Source: Nemertoderma westbladi
Lineage: Eukaryota; Animalia; Xenacoelomorpha
NCBI GenBank assembly: GCA_032718475.1
Contig: JAUCBJ010001166.1
Location: 86,254 to 150,253 of the forward strand
DNA length: 64,000 bases
Direction of reading: 5' to 3'
Below, in pieces: positions 47,761-60,899 of this stretch. How positions within the stretch are numbered: the first letter of the stretch is position 1; each line of letters begins with the position of its first letter. The notes below the pieces were generated by a model. It saw nothing but the letters and a program-made list of their open reading frames with translations, searched no databases and was not told the DNA's origin. Position numbers and translations under genes: made by a program.

Positions 47761-48744
47761 TTATTTTAAAATAATTGAATTTCTGAATGTTAGGGGTTAC
47801 TTGGTTACTTTACTTACTTTATTACCGTTATTTGAGCAGTAGTCCAACTGATATTAAGACCTAAGGATTGTATGACAGGCCTACTATTTTATTAATAGAT
47901 TTGGATTGATTTATGTTATATATACCCGTATGAGGGGTTTTTGTTACAATATTGAAATAGATGTTACTATTTCTGGGAAGTAATCACTACACAAAAGCTG
48001 TGCGCTCTCAGTGAAGTGCTACTTATTAGACACTAAAACAGATAATTCTACTTCCTAAGTTACTTGTCTACGAATTACTTACGATACGGGTGAGATTAAA
48101 TCTCTAATTAAACACAACAAAAATATTACGTACAAAATTTTAGGGTAATTTTACAGGGAACTACAAACCAGTCTAACAGAGTGTTAGATTTTCTGGTTAT
48201 TACAACGGACAGGATACTACGGTATTTGAAAATAATAAGTAGTAGTAAATACACTGTGTTGTCCAGATAGGAAAATACCACCGTCTGACAACCTATAGCC
48301 GTATCGCTATAGATACTACGTTATGTATCACGGAGTGTTCCTACCTAGAAGTTAATTACCGCGGTCTACCAGAACCAACGTGCCTATTAACCACTTTACA
48401 ACACAAATATACTGCCTACACTCTAATTACCTTCGGAAAGCACTGTACACTAAACCCTAAATTAGGTATGAGTACTTGTACAACAGATAATCAGTAGTTA
48501 AAAATACTTGAACAGCTAAAAGAACCACGGCATCTGCTGGAGTGACCGGTGCACAAGATCACCAGTCTTTACCTACGCCAAGCAGCCCGTGTAGTACTGG
48601 GGTTAATTTAACTATAACGGTATATATAACAAGCACAATTACTGTAGGAATAAACTTAGGGATATGAATGTTGCGAATAATCGCATAAACTCTGAATAAT
48701 AAATATTACGCTACCCGTACAGAATACTCAAACAAAATACAAAC

Positions 48745-49255
48745 CAAACGCTGGCAGACCACCACCAAGCCTAAATAAACTACAGTATGTGCAGATTCCA
48801 AAATGGTTAGTTAGTATGCGTTCTAACACGGTAGTACGACTTATTCTTTAAGAGGGGATTGACCTTACAGCTCTGGCTGCCCCAACTTACTAACTGGCAC
48901 TTTATTAGACAAACTCTACACACGCAGCAATCTCTTCAGACCTAATAATAGCTAGACAACAATCCAGCCTACAAAATATCTGAGTAATAACTATTACGGT
49001 ACCTGAACAGACCACACAAACAAACACAGGCCAAAACGCTGGCAGAATACTGTCAAGCCTAAATAAACTACAGTATGTGCAGATTCCAAAATGGTTAGTT
49101 AGTATGCGTTCTAACACGGTAGTACGGCTTATTCTTTAAGAGGGGGTTGACCTTACAGCTCTGGCTGCCCCAACTTACTAACTGGCACTTTATCGGACAA
49201 ACTCCACACACGCCGCAATCTCTCCAGACCCAACAACAGTCAGACAACAGTCCAG
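48745..49255. repeat. Two-copy ~290-bp tandem duplication in BEL/Pao leader
   Basis: AAACGCTGGCAGA...CAAGCCTAAATAAACTACAGTATGTGCAGATTCC...ACTGGCACTTTAT at about 48746 and about 49034. Confidence 0.9.
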
Positions 49256-50742
49256 CCTACAATTATCTGTACAATCTGAGCAGACTTACACGTCTTCAGC
49301 TCAATATTAACTTACATGTAAATAAAACCGACAGAAATAAGTAAAATCTCAATAAAAAACCAGGGCGGCCGTTCCCTGATTAAGTACTAAGACCTACCGG
49401 TATACAATAATCAAAATCGAATAATATTAATGTACTTATACTGGAAGTACCGGTTAGGATGGTTGGGCCTACGGACCTACAGCAGTACCGGTTCAGGTTT
49501 ACCGGTCGACCGGTACTTTCAACTTTATTGCTTACTGCAATAAAGAAAATAACTGTTATTGTACGCGCTTTTGAAGACCTTTAGCAGTTTAACCTGCTAA
49601 AATTTATATGTCTTTTGGTTTATAAATAGACTTTTAGTAAATGACAAGTATTTAATACCAATAAACACAACATTAGCCGAAGCCAGCCTAGTGCGCGTCC
49701 ATTCACCCGCTGGATATACCCGGGAGACTGGATTCGGATGGGGCTTAGATTTTATTATTGCAGTGAAGCCTACTGTATTATTCGATTGATCGTTAATAAA
49801 TAATTTCTGACTAATATTATTCACTTTCGGGAAATATTAACAGTTCCTTTAGGACGTGGCGCTCTATCTAGTTAAACAGAGCTATGACTTATACTAAATA
49901 CAACGGTAAGGCTTACGATTCACGTATAAGGCGCATTCTTTAGGAAATGCTTTGTTATCAGCCACAATCATGCACACTACCGGTACCGCACAATACTGCA
50001 CACTAATCTGCCGACCGTCAATGAATTTGATCACACATAAAGAGAACAGCAATTGACTCATGTAGTGCCTATCAAATAGCATTAGATTCACTACAAACCA
50101 CGATAACATAAGTCGCAATTGTTATATGTATCCCGTCTCTCTAACCTGTAGTGTATCAAGAAAATTGGGAAATTTGGGTTCTTTATAGATGTTCTCCAAA
50201 TAATAATATTCAACCAACTGATACAAATAATAACAACAGTAAATAGCATTAAGACGGTAGGTTAAGATATGATATGATTGTTTGGTTAGTTGATAATTAT
50301 GGCGATAACAGTTATACGTTCTATAATCTACGCCTACTAATGTTTTACTAAAAGTCTGAAACACCGAGTCATTCCAAAAGCCGATGTTCTTGGCCTAGAA
50401 GGAACAACACAACTATGACAAGAAAACAGTAAGACTGAACACTCCTAGCACGATCTGTAGAATATCTCCACATCGACAGTAAAAATCGCCCTGATTGGCT
50501 GTTAAGCTAAACAAAGAACCATGTGTCCAATGGCCGTTTCCATGCCAGCAACCAGCTGTTAGATGTCGTAATCTGAATCATCAAGGCTACACTGTGCTAG
50601 AGTATTTGACGCATTGCGGGTTTTGTGCCTTGCCATGTCTGCCAAAGCACACATATAGAAGAATGACTTTTATGTCCGTTAAAACACCTACAACGGTACT
50701 TTGCAGGCAAGGGGACTGATTATACCCGCAAAAGCTTTTACA

Positions 50743-51435
50743 AAAACCTTACCGGTAGGAGATCGGTACCGGTATGTAAAACCATACCGGTAGGAGATAG
50801 GTATGTAAAACCTTACCGGTAGGAGATAGGTATGTAAAACCATACCGGTAGGAGATAGGTATGTAAAACCATACCGGTAGGAGATAGGTATGTAAAACCA
50901 TACCGGTAGGAGATAGGTATGTAAAACCTTACCGGTAGGAGATAGGTATGTAAAACCATACCGGTAGGAGATATGTATGTAAAACCTTACCGGTAGGAGA
51001 TAGGTATGTAAAACCTTACCGGTAGGATAGGTATGTAAAACCTTACTGGTAGGAGATAGGTATGTAAAACCTTACCGGTAGGATAGGTATGTAAAACCAT
51101 ACCGGTAGGAGATAGGTATGTAAAACCTTACCGGTAGGAGATAGGTATGTAAAACCTTACCGGTAGGATAGGTATGTAAAACCTTACTGGTAGGAGATAG
51201 TTATGTAAAACCTTACCGGTAGGATAGGTATGTAAAACCTTACCGGTAGGATAGGTATGTAAAACCATACCGGTAGGAGATAGGTATGTAAAACCTTACT
51301 GGTAGGAGATGGGTATGTAAAACCTTACCGGTAGGATAGGTATGTAAAACCTTACCGGTAGGATAGGTATGAAAAACCATACCGGTAGGAGATAGGTATG
51401 TAAAACCTTACCGGTAGGAGATAGGTATGTAAACC
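50743..51435 (+). repeat. 29-bp minisatellite (~24 copies, with 27-bp variants)
   Basis: Unit AAAACC(T/A)TACCGGTAGGAGATAGGTATGT. Confidence 0.98.
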
Positions 51436-52635
51436 AACACAAAATAAGAAACCTAAGTAAGCCGAATCGATGCATGCAATCAGCCGGCGATAATCAGCTG
51501 ATTGGTCGGAAAATATGAAGTAGGGGCTAATTAAAATTGTAAGTAATTACCGGTAACTAATTAGCTGCAAATGCGAACTTTGAAATGTTTGTAATTATTA
51601 AAACACGAGACTTATAAAGTAAATTAACCAATAATATAAATATACGTAATTAACTATTAATTACATCTCAGTAATGTTATTATATTGAACGTCCATGCCA
51701 CGACCGTATTATTCTCCTTAGATAATTGTATTGTTGGCTGGACCTATGTCTTCTTATTATTATTATTATAACACAATTAAACACAGTAAAATCAAATTTA
51801 TAGTAATAGAAAAATATAACAAAAGCACGTGGAGAGAAGCACCCAGGCAGTAAAGCACATAAGGGGGCAACACAATGTGTAAATTAAATGTATTACCTAA
51901 ACAAATAGATTTGAAAAAGCACATCTTACCCTCTTAAAAAATATATCTTCATCTTCTTAAGAAACACCAATCGTTACCCATATAATAATAAAATATTATA
52001 AAGGTTATAAAACAAACCAATTTGTGGACGAATGATCAATGTATTATGACGAATAAAGTGGTCAAAAGTCAATACGTTTTCTACGAGCCGATTGGATGGA
52101 ACTGGAGACCTCTAGGCGGGGCCCTTCTCCGGGTAAAATCGACGCAAATAACAGCTGTTTACTCGCAAAAATAAATATTGACTTTAGTTTATTGTTTTGG
52201 TTAGAACAACGACCCAGCTCATTTCCCTTAATTAATAATTTCACATTGAGACGAGATATTAATTTTAATTTAATATGGTATTCATTAAAGGTAAGATAAG
52301 ATTATATAAGATTAATTAATTAATTATAAGATTAACTTGGGACAGATGGTTTGCAGAAGTTACTGACAGGTATCATCTTAGAAACCGCGTGAAAATACAC
52401 ACGCGTGAAAATTGTCCTTAACTTTTGCTCACTTTTAAACAATATTATAATTTTTTGGACGTACAAACGTGGATAAAAAATAGTGATGTTAAGTCTACAA
52501 ACTTGTTGTTCATTATATAGGCTTGCTATAACTGTATGGTACAGTAATATACCTTTTCAGGTGTGCTGCAAGTCGGTACCGGTACCCTATTTCAAGGCGT
52601 TATCTAACGAAACCGTGAACGGTACCTCAACTTAC

Positions 52636-52783
52636 CTCGTTTCCCGCAGTAAAGGAACTGGCCGGTGTATAACCCCTCGGGGGCGATCATGGTCTCCTTG
52701 ATCTTACGATATTTGTAGGGATCTCGGAACTCCACGATAGCTAAGGGAGCACCGCGCCCAGGGTCGTGGATTATATCCTTTAC
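52636..52783 (-). CDS. RPL8: 60S ribosomal protein L8 (uL2), coding exon 2
   Basis: TTAG|[49 protein letters not shown]|GTAAGT; 148 nt, in frame with exon 1. Confidence 0.95.
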
Positions 52784-53996
52784 CTAAGAAAACAATTGCA
52801 GATAATCATAGTTGATGGTGAATGCCTAGTGCGTTTGTGGCGCCTTTAACGCTAACACTAATCCTAACATGTAAACGTAACCTTAAGACATAATCTGATA
52901 AATTTAGCGGGATTTCCCACATTACTGCAGAATTGCTATAGGCCTAGGCATATAAGCCAGGCCCCTTAATGCCTACGCAATAATGTTGAATTATGGTCGA
53001 GTCTAGGCATGCTAGGCCTGCCAAAACCTAACCAGACAGCCAAAAGAGCAATCCAAAAAGCCAAATAGTACATAAATTTCCCACAAAACCACAAGATAAT
53101 ACGGGCATATCACACTAGAGGCGCCACTTTGTCACGGTTCTCGTGGGCCTCGCAGGTTACAAGAGTAGCTGCCCAAACCATAATTAAAGCAGTAATTTAA
53201 CGCTAACCCCGAGTCATGAGGCTCTAAACTAATAAATTTTGTGGAATTTCGGATTTTTTGCTATTGGCCCTTTGGGCAATTATGGGTTTCGCCTGACCAA
53301 CAAACCCTAACCTAAAAAACAAATCAACATCCCAGTCAGTCATTCTGTTGTTTCAAAAGTTTTTCAATTGTTCAAACCAATATAAACCACATTCTCATGA
53401 TGGCTACGCTCGCAATTTAATCCATAATCACATTCTGTATTTAAAAACAGTTAGTTGGCCTACTATAAATGTTAAAATATTATTGCTCGCTACGCTCGCA
53501 ATTTAATCACATCTGTATTTAAAAACAGTCGGTTGACCTACTAACATACTAATACTGTACTGTATTAATGTTTACATTTCTGCAAAACATCTTTGCTCGC
53601 TACGCTCGCCTTTCAGCCTTTTAATGTTAAAATACTGTAAGCCTGCTGTAGTGTAGTATCTGAGTATAAACTGATACTAAATGATTACAATATAGGCCTT
53701 AGAATATAATCCAGTCTGACAGTAATAATTGCAAAATTTCATGGTAAATGGCTGGCGCGCTTTTCTTTTTACCAGACAGCCAGAATCCGTGTGGTGCGCT
53801 TTTTGTCAATATTCCATAGGGCCTACAACACGCCTACAGCAGTACTGGTACTTAGCAGCTTATGCCGCCTACAGTCAGTATTAGTCTGTTAGTCTTACAC
53901 AATCTGACAGTCGTCAGTCACAGTTACCAGCTCACCTCTGCACCTCACTGACTGAATAGGCAGATAGGTACGGTACTGAATAAACTTTGAACTTAC

Positions 53997-54128
53997 CACT
54001 CCCTTAATATAACCTCGACGTTCCGCAAAGTCAATTGCTCGTAGTTTAGCGGCGCCTTTCCGATGTTTTGTATGGGATTTGAATACACTTCCGCGACCTT
54101 TACGCTGAGCCCGAATTACTCGTCCCAT
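53997..54128 (-). CDS. RPL8: 60S ribosomal protein L8 (uL2), coding exon 1
   Basis: [44 protein letters not shown]|GTAAGT (132 nt, phase 0). Confidence 0.95.
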
Positions 54129-54654
54129 GTCTTCTTATTTCAGTCTACCGGTACCGGAATCTATTCTGCTACCTACGGCAGTACGGCAATACTGCAAAAT
54201 CAGAATATGGCTGCAGTGTAAAGTAAAGTACAGAAGTAGGCCTATGAAGAATGAAGTACAGAAGTAAAGGTACCGGTAGCGGTAAGCCTGTGTTGGTACA
54301 GCTGTCCCTGCACCCAGTCCAGCAGTCAGGCTGTACAGTGACAGTACAGCAGTAGGCCTAGTACTGTAGTAGTCTGGTAGTACACACTGACACAACAGGC
54401 TGACAGGTAGGCCTACCTACAGGACACAGGAGTACAGCCAGACAGCTACTGCTGTCAGGCTGTACTGAGCATCAGACAGTCAGAGCAACAGTCTGACAGC
54501 CAGATATACCAATATGACAGTATGAAATAGGCCTACTGCTACTGCCAGACTGCTGTAGATGTACTGCAGTTTCAACGTGCACGTACAGCTGACAGACGTA
54601 GGGTACCCGTACCGGTGCAGCAGCGGTGCAATACAGCAATATGTATAGCAGGGT

Positions 54655-55335
54655 TTAAAGAACTTAGATCCTACAGGGCCTGACTTTGATGAATTTAGAT
54701 CTTTGCGAACTTAGGTCCTATGCGAACATAGATCCTAACTGGGTGAACTTAGATCCTATTTAGGTGAACTTAGATCCTAACTAGGTGAACTTAGATCCTA
54801 ACTAGGTGAACTTAGATCTTAAACTGGGTGAACTTAGATACTAATTAGGTGAACTTAGATTCTAACTAGGTAAACTTAGATCCTAACTAGTTGAACGTAG
54901 ATACTAACTAGGTAAACTTAGATCCTAACTAGGAGAACTTAGATCCTAACTAGGTGAACTTAGATCCTAACTAACTAGGTGAACTTAGATCCTAACTAGA
55001 TGAACTCTTAGATCCTTATTAGGTGAACTTAGATCCTAACTAGGTGAACTTAGATCCTAACTAGGTGAACTTAGATCTCTGCACTTTATGCTATTAAAAG
55101 CCTTTGGTAATCATCATGCTAGTCACGAAGCGAACTTAGATCCCACATTGAAAGCAAATCGAACTTAGAGAAGCAAACTTTGATCACGCGTGTACTGTGC
55201 TTTGGCCGCGTTCTATCGATACTCGAGTATATATAGTGTAAGGTAAGACCTAAGTTCGTATGGGACGGATCTATGTTATGTATTTCACCCACGACCTAAG
55301 TTCGTTTAGGATCTAAGGTGCTCTCTAGGATCTAA
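54655..55335. repeat. 21-bp tandem array with inverted copies at the right end (foldback/MITE-like)
   Basis: GAACTTAGATCCTAACTAGGT repeated ~16 times (54745-55077). Inverted GACCTAAGTTCG / GGATCTAAG motifs at 55248-55335. Confidence 0.8.
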
Positions 55336-55530
55336 AAGCAGTAATGGTATAGGCCTAGGCTACTGGTCGGGGAAACTGGTAGTAGTAGTGAGTGTGGAAG
55401 AACTAAGAAGGCCTACATTGTAATCACTTTGTGTACAAGCCTTTCCGTGCAGGAATATTGATCCGTGAAAACCAATTACCTCACGGATCAAATTTCCTGT
55501 TTTCATACAGGAATTTTTGATATTACCACA

Positions 55531-56162
55531 ACTACATTACTATAGGATCGGCATGCTGCATTGCAGCTGCATTATATATATATTACATATATGATATTAA
55601 GAATGCTGTGCCGGCTTGTCGACAAAATTCCGCCGCCACAACTCCCTAGCACCCATTACATTTGCTACATCATCCACATCTTCAAGGCCAGTGTCTTATA
55701 AAATGCGTCTCAAGAAAGCCATGGGCTATGGCCACAGGCCATGGGCTAAAGCCGTGGCCACCATGCTTTTCACTCCATGAGTCCGCCAAAGCACAAGATT
55801 ATGCACTGGCTGGTCCTCAAGGCGAAATCAATGTCTTTCGAAGCGGAGACGACTTTGTTCTAGAGTCAAGCTTGGGGGGGGGGGGGGGGCAATGCGACAC
55901 CTCCAATGTTATATATGGTCTGGATGGACATGTGTGCATTTTACTTGACCCATTGAACCCGGCGTAGCATTCTTGTGAATGAGCCATCCAGAGATTTGGT
56001 GTCCTCAGCAGTTAGTTAGAGCCCAACATGGACTCCCATAGAGAGTACGTACTGCTGCTCTATATAATCGGACCTTAAGTTTCCGATTAATTTTATGTGA
56101 CTTATTCCAAATCCTGGAAAGCCCATTCAAGGCTGCCCATGCCTTTCCCTTACGTATTCGAA
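55531..56162 (-). mobile_element. RTE-clade LINE 3' fragment, older copy
   Basis: Diverged reverse complement of 9242-9817. Confidence 0.85.
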
Positions 56163-57193
56163 TTATGATAGGAATTTATTCAAAAATTCCCGATAACTAA
56201 GTATTAATTGTGTGAAAATGTCCCGCTCCCAACTAATGAAGAAATGTTTCCATTAATTAATTACGTTAACCATATTAGCACTAATGAGCACTGGGTTATT
56301 TAAACCATTTTAGCAACATACCACCCCCCCCCCCCCCCCACCCCACTGTATTTTAGTAATCGTCCAACGAATTCCTACCAAATTTTGGACTGCAGGTGAA
56401 AAAATTACACTTCCTAACCTACAAAAAGAAAATTTGATAAGTCCCAGTGTTAAATTTAATTATTTTGTTATTTTAAAAACGAATAGTTGGCTTTATTGTT
56501 TAGCTCTAGTAGGTTTTTCAAGACGCTGAATCGAATTCGTTAAGCGGTACGCTATTTTTCGGGCATCTAAGAAGATCTTTGATTTTTCAAAATATGAGAT
56601 TCGTAAAATACCTAAAATACGTAAAATACTAATGTTTTGATTCCAGTGCATTTTATAGGTGTTCTGGGGTCGCTGAATCAATGTAAGATTACTCTAAAAA
56701 GCAGAATACATAGACGTACCTCATTTTTAGCACACTAATATTAGGGCGCGGAACCTCAAATGTCGAAAATTAATAAAATATGCCCAAACTTTTTATTACA
56801 ATATGATAAATAACCTTGTCTTCAGGTTTCTATATTACTTTCAATCAATTGTGTCCCAAAAGCCTAAACTAAAATCACAAATCTGAAGTTTGTCAGTCTT
56901 TCTGTCAGTTAATTTTAATTTAATTTTCTGACATAAATCTAGTCTGTCGGTCTGTCGGTCTTTCTGTCAGTCAGTCTGTCAAAACTTAAAAAATAATACA
57001 AACTACTGTAACTAACATTCTCTCTATGGGTGTTTTTATAGGTGTATATTGATAAAGGACCGACAGACAGACAGACAGACCAGATTTATGTAAAAGTGAA
57101 AACTGACATCAGAAATGAAATCACCGACCTTTAGAGGGAGAATGTTAGTTAGTTTGTATTCTTATAAAACCTATAGAGTTAAATACAAACCCA

Positions 57194-57335
57194 TGACGCA
57201 TACGCCTGCGTCATAGCCCATATAGTGGTGACGCATACGCCTGCTTCATAGCCCATATAGTGGTGACGCATACGCCTGCTTCATAGCCCATATAGTGGTG
57301 ACGCATACGCCTGCGTCATAGGTGCGAAAGGGTTA
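57194..57335. repeat. 35-bp tandem repeat (~3.7 units) ending in a piggyBac-type terminus GGG|TTAA
   Basis: Unit TGACGCATACGCCTGC(G/T)TCATAGCCCATATAGTGG with internal palindrome, then GCGAAAGGGTTAA. Confidence 0.8.
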
Positions 57336-57591
57336 ACAAAGATTCAGAATAAACCATAAGAAATTGCATTGAACGATTTCAAGTGAGCCACGCCCAAGTT
57401 TTTTGTGCACACAAATGAGGTATCACTAGGTGCTTTGATTTTTAGAGTAATCTCATTCGAATCAGCGACCCAGAAAACCTATACAATGATTTGAAATCAA
57501 AACTTGGGCGTATTTTCAGAATCTTGAATATTTCAAGATTTGAATTTGACGTAGGACTACTGTACGCTTATATACTTGTATTGAGCAGTAT

Positions 57592-59874
57592 GTGTACTCG
57601 GACGCGGGTACCTTTAACTGTAAAATAGGTAATTCAGATCACCACGCAACATTTATCATTTTACAAACATTTAGCTGTATTTTCAATGAACCTAAACCAC
57701 GCCCCACTTTCGACTATTCAAAACTTGACGAATCTTCTTTCCTTCGTGACATTAATAAACCCTCCAACTGGTCCTACACCGATGAATCAATATCCATAAC
57801 CTCAAAGTTCGACTGTTTTTACGATAATCTCACCAACATTTGCTCCTCTCATATCCCTTCAAAATCATATACACACAAATCTCGGCCCCTCAAAGCATGG
57901 ATCACTGAAAGTCTACTCAAATCAATCAGAACTAAAGACAAATTATACAGGAACTATTTAAGAAACCGAACTGAAACCAACCGTAAATGTTTTACCGACT
58001 ATCGTAATCATCTCACAAAAACCTTAAAAATTGCCGAAAAAAAATATTATTCGCAACAATTTGATAACAACATTACAAATTCCCGCAAAACTTGGTCGAT
58101 AATTAATACTGTACTCCACAAAACAACTTCTAAATCATCACCCAAAAAACTTATTATAATAACGAATACCTCCGCACAAATTGTATCAGACCCAACTCAA
58201 ATTACAGAAATATTTAACGAACACTTTTCAACCATTGGAACTAAACTCCAAAGTACCTTACCGACTTGCACACCCCGATCCCCCCGACGCCATATATCAA
58301 ATACTAGAGTGAACTCTTTTACATTAACAGAAACATCTCCAATAGAATTACAATACCGAATCCTCAACCTCAAATTAAACTGCAGTTCTAACGATCCGTT
58401 CCCCACCAAACTACTCCGACTTGCTGCTAAACCACTTTCCCAACACCTGTGCTACTTATTCAACCTTTCAATAAAGTACGGCTTTTTTCCCGATTCATTA
58501 AAAATTGCTAAAGTTATACCACTATTCAAATCAGACGATCCTACAGACCCGAATAATTACCGTCCTATATCATTACTACCAGTACTAAGCAAAATTCTAG
58601 AACAATTAATTAATGAACAACTACAATCCTACTTAAACAAATACTCCATAATTACAGAATCCCAATACGGCTTTAGACCAAAAACAACCACCTCTCACGC
58701 ACTACTCTCTATAACGGAAAAAATTAACTCTATGTTTGATTGCCATCATTCAACATGCGCCTTATACATTGACCTTAAAAAGGCCTTTGATACCATAGAC
58801 CACAAAATCCTTATTAATAAGCTTGAGACCTATGGTATCAGAGGCCTACCCCTTCAACTTATTTCTAGTTTCCTCTCTAATCGCAAACAATTTGTCTCCA
58901 TCGACGGCATTAATTCAACTTTATTACCTCTCATTTGTGGTGTCCCCCAGGGATCGGTCCTCTCTCCCATACTATTTCTCATTTTTATTAATGACTTACC
59001 CAAAGCAACAAACTTACTTAGTACACTTTTCGCTGACGACACAACTCTACTCAACTCACATCGTGATATCCACTCATTAATATCTAGTACAAACAGTGAA
59101 TTAACTAAAATCTACGACTGGTTACGTGACAATAAACTATTACTAAACCTGAAGAAAACTGAGTACACCATATTTACTAACCTTCCTATTCCTACTACCA
59201 CCAACAACAGATTACAACTAAAAATTAACAACACCGATATCAAACAGACAGACAACACAAAATTACTTGGCATTTGGATAGATTCAAAACTAAAGTGGAA
59301 AACACATATAAATCAGGTACTCAAAAAAATTTCTAAATCCAGCGGTATTTTCTATAAACTTAGGCACATATTTCCTCTACATATACTCAGAACCCTCTAC
59401 TTTTCACTGATCCATCCCTACGTTAATTATGGGATCCTGGTATGGGGTAGCACCCATTCCACAACACTGAAACCACTACGTACAAAAATCAATAAACTTT
59501 TACGCTGTATTACATTTTCACACTACAGATCGTCATCAATTCCCATTTACAAACAATTAAATATTTTACCACTTAACAAACTCTATGAACTATCAGTTTG
59601 CACCTTCATGTACGATATTTATTCGAAAACCATAAGCCCAAATTCCACCCTCGGTAAACTATTCCAAAAACGTTCTTCAGTCCACAACTACCCTACCCGC
59701 AGCGCCTCCCATGGCAACTTCTCAATACCACTATGTCACCTAACTTCCTCACAGAGATCAGTGAGTTTTCGAGGACCCTCGATCTGGAATTCTGTGCCAC
59801 TAGAGATACGCAATAAAAAATCAAAATCGTCTTTTACGTCAAACTTAAAAAACCACTTATTTTCAGAGCTATAA
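57592..59874 (+). CDS. CR1/L2-group LINE ORF2 (end of APE + complete RT), 5'-truncated, uninterrupted 760 aa
   Basis: SDH, WIT..L...I, AKVIPLFK, NYRPISLL, QYGFR, DLKKAFDTIDH, GVPQGSVLSPILF, FADD, LGIWID, WNSVP. Confidence 0.93.
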   Translation: MYSDAGTFNCKIGNSDHHATFIILQTFSCIFNEPKPRPTFDYSKLDESSFLRDINKPSNWSYTDESISITSKFDCFYDNLTNICSSHIPSKSYTHKSRPLKAWITESLLKSIRTKDKLYRNYLRNRTETNRKCFTDYRNHLTKTLKIAEKKYYSQQFDNNITNSRKTWSIINTVLHKTTSKSSPKKLIIITNTSAQIVSDPTQITEIFNEHFSTIGTKLQSTLPTCTPRSPRRHISNTRVNSFTLTETSPIELQYRILNLKLNCSSNDPFPTKLLRLAAKPLSQHLCYLFNLSIKYGFFPDSLKIAKVIPLFKSDDPTDPNNYRPISLLPVLSKILEQLINEQLQSYLNKYSIITESQYGFRPKTTTSHALLSITEKINSMFDCHHSTCALYIDLKKAFDTIDHKILINKLETYGIRGLPLQLISSFLSNRKQFVSIDGINSTLLPLICGVPQGSVLSPILFLIFINDLPKATNLLSTLFADDTTLLNSHRDIHSLISSTNSELTKIYDWLRDNKLLLNLKKTEYTIFTNLPIPTTTNNRLQLKINNTDIKQTDNTKLLGIWIDSKLKWKTHINQVLKKISKSSGIFYKLRHIFPLHILRTLYFSLIHPYVNYGILVWGSTHSTTLKPLRTKINKLLRCITFSHYRSSSIPIYKQLNILPLNKLYELSVCTFMYDIYSKTISPNSTLGKLFQKRSSVHNYPTRSASHGNFSIPLCHLTSSQRSVSFRGPSIWNSVPLEIRNKKSKSSFTSNLKNHLFSEL

Positions 59875-60899
59875 CATTTACCGTTAATTTTAATTTTAAT
59901 ATTCAATCATACAAAAATAAAGGTAATAATCCCAATAAAAATTGAAACAGAATTAAAATATATGCGAACCACAATATAGTTAAACTATTTGATTTACGTT
60001 ACACAATACATACGTGTATGTGTTCGGTAATATATGCCTACATTCGAAATTTCAAAAGGACCAGGCACCCCCCCCCCCCCCCCCCCCCCCCTGTTGGTTC
60101 TGGCCACCACAGCAAGACGGCACTAGCCTGGCTATTAGTCTTCTGTGGTGGTCGTCTCACACTATAAATTTTTTTTCTTTTTTTTTTTTAAATATTGGTT
60201 AAATTTTATTGTTTAATGTTGTTAATATGTATTTAATATGTAACCAGCAGAAAGAAATAAATATCAAGTATCAAGTATCAAGTACCTGTATCTCAGCTGT
60301 TTCTCAACGAAATTCAGATATTGTTACATATTTTGGATCCTTGCAACGCAAGCTTTCTAATGATATGAAAAAATTACGACTAATGTGAAGAATGGCCACG
60401 ATACGGAGGGTGCGATTTCGCAAAAGACACTTTTTTAAAACGCTTATAAAAAAAATGTAAAGGCAAAATCGAAAATTCCGGCTTCATGGGGTCAACCACG
60501 GTGAGTGGAACTAGTTGTGTTTCAAATTTCAAGCAATATGATAAAGATTTGTAGAAAAATCTGGGGGGGGGGGGTCCGTGTCATCAGAAAATGACACTAT
60601 ATTGCGGGACATGGTGTATATATATATATTCTATCTATATACTGTAATTATATATATATATATATATTATTAATATATTATTATTGAGAAAAAATATTTT
60701 TAAATTAAATAGCTAACATTATTGAGTTTAAACACGTTTTATAACGATTCCATGCGTTTTAAATAGAATCCAGATTTTTTTCTACAAAATGTTCTAGAAC
60801 AAAAAATATTTGTTCTAGAACATGATTTTTCTTAAAAATGAATAGCTAACATGCTCTGGAACATTTTCTATACAAATAGTAATAAGAACTAGCCACTAC

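Noticed and set aside
50743-51435. CRISPR array
   Set aside because: Pure tandem 29-bp repeat with no spacers.
52062-52299. Candidate RPL8 exon 3
   Set aside because: The minus-strand translation does not resemble RPL8.
53400-53620. Three GCTCGCTACGCTCGC motifs as an intronic snoRNA in RPL8
   Set aside because: No C/D or H/ACA box arrangement discernible; the motif is common in invertebrate non-autonomous repeats.
57194-57320. Mini-CRISPR with palindromic repeat
   Set aside because: The intervening sequences are identical and the array ends in a piggyBac-type terminus.
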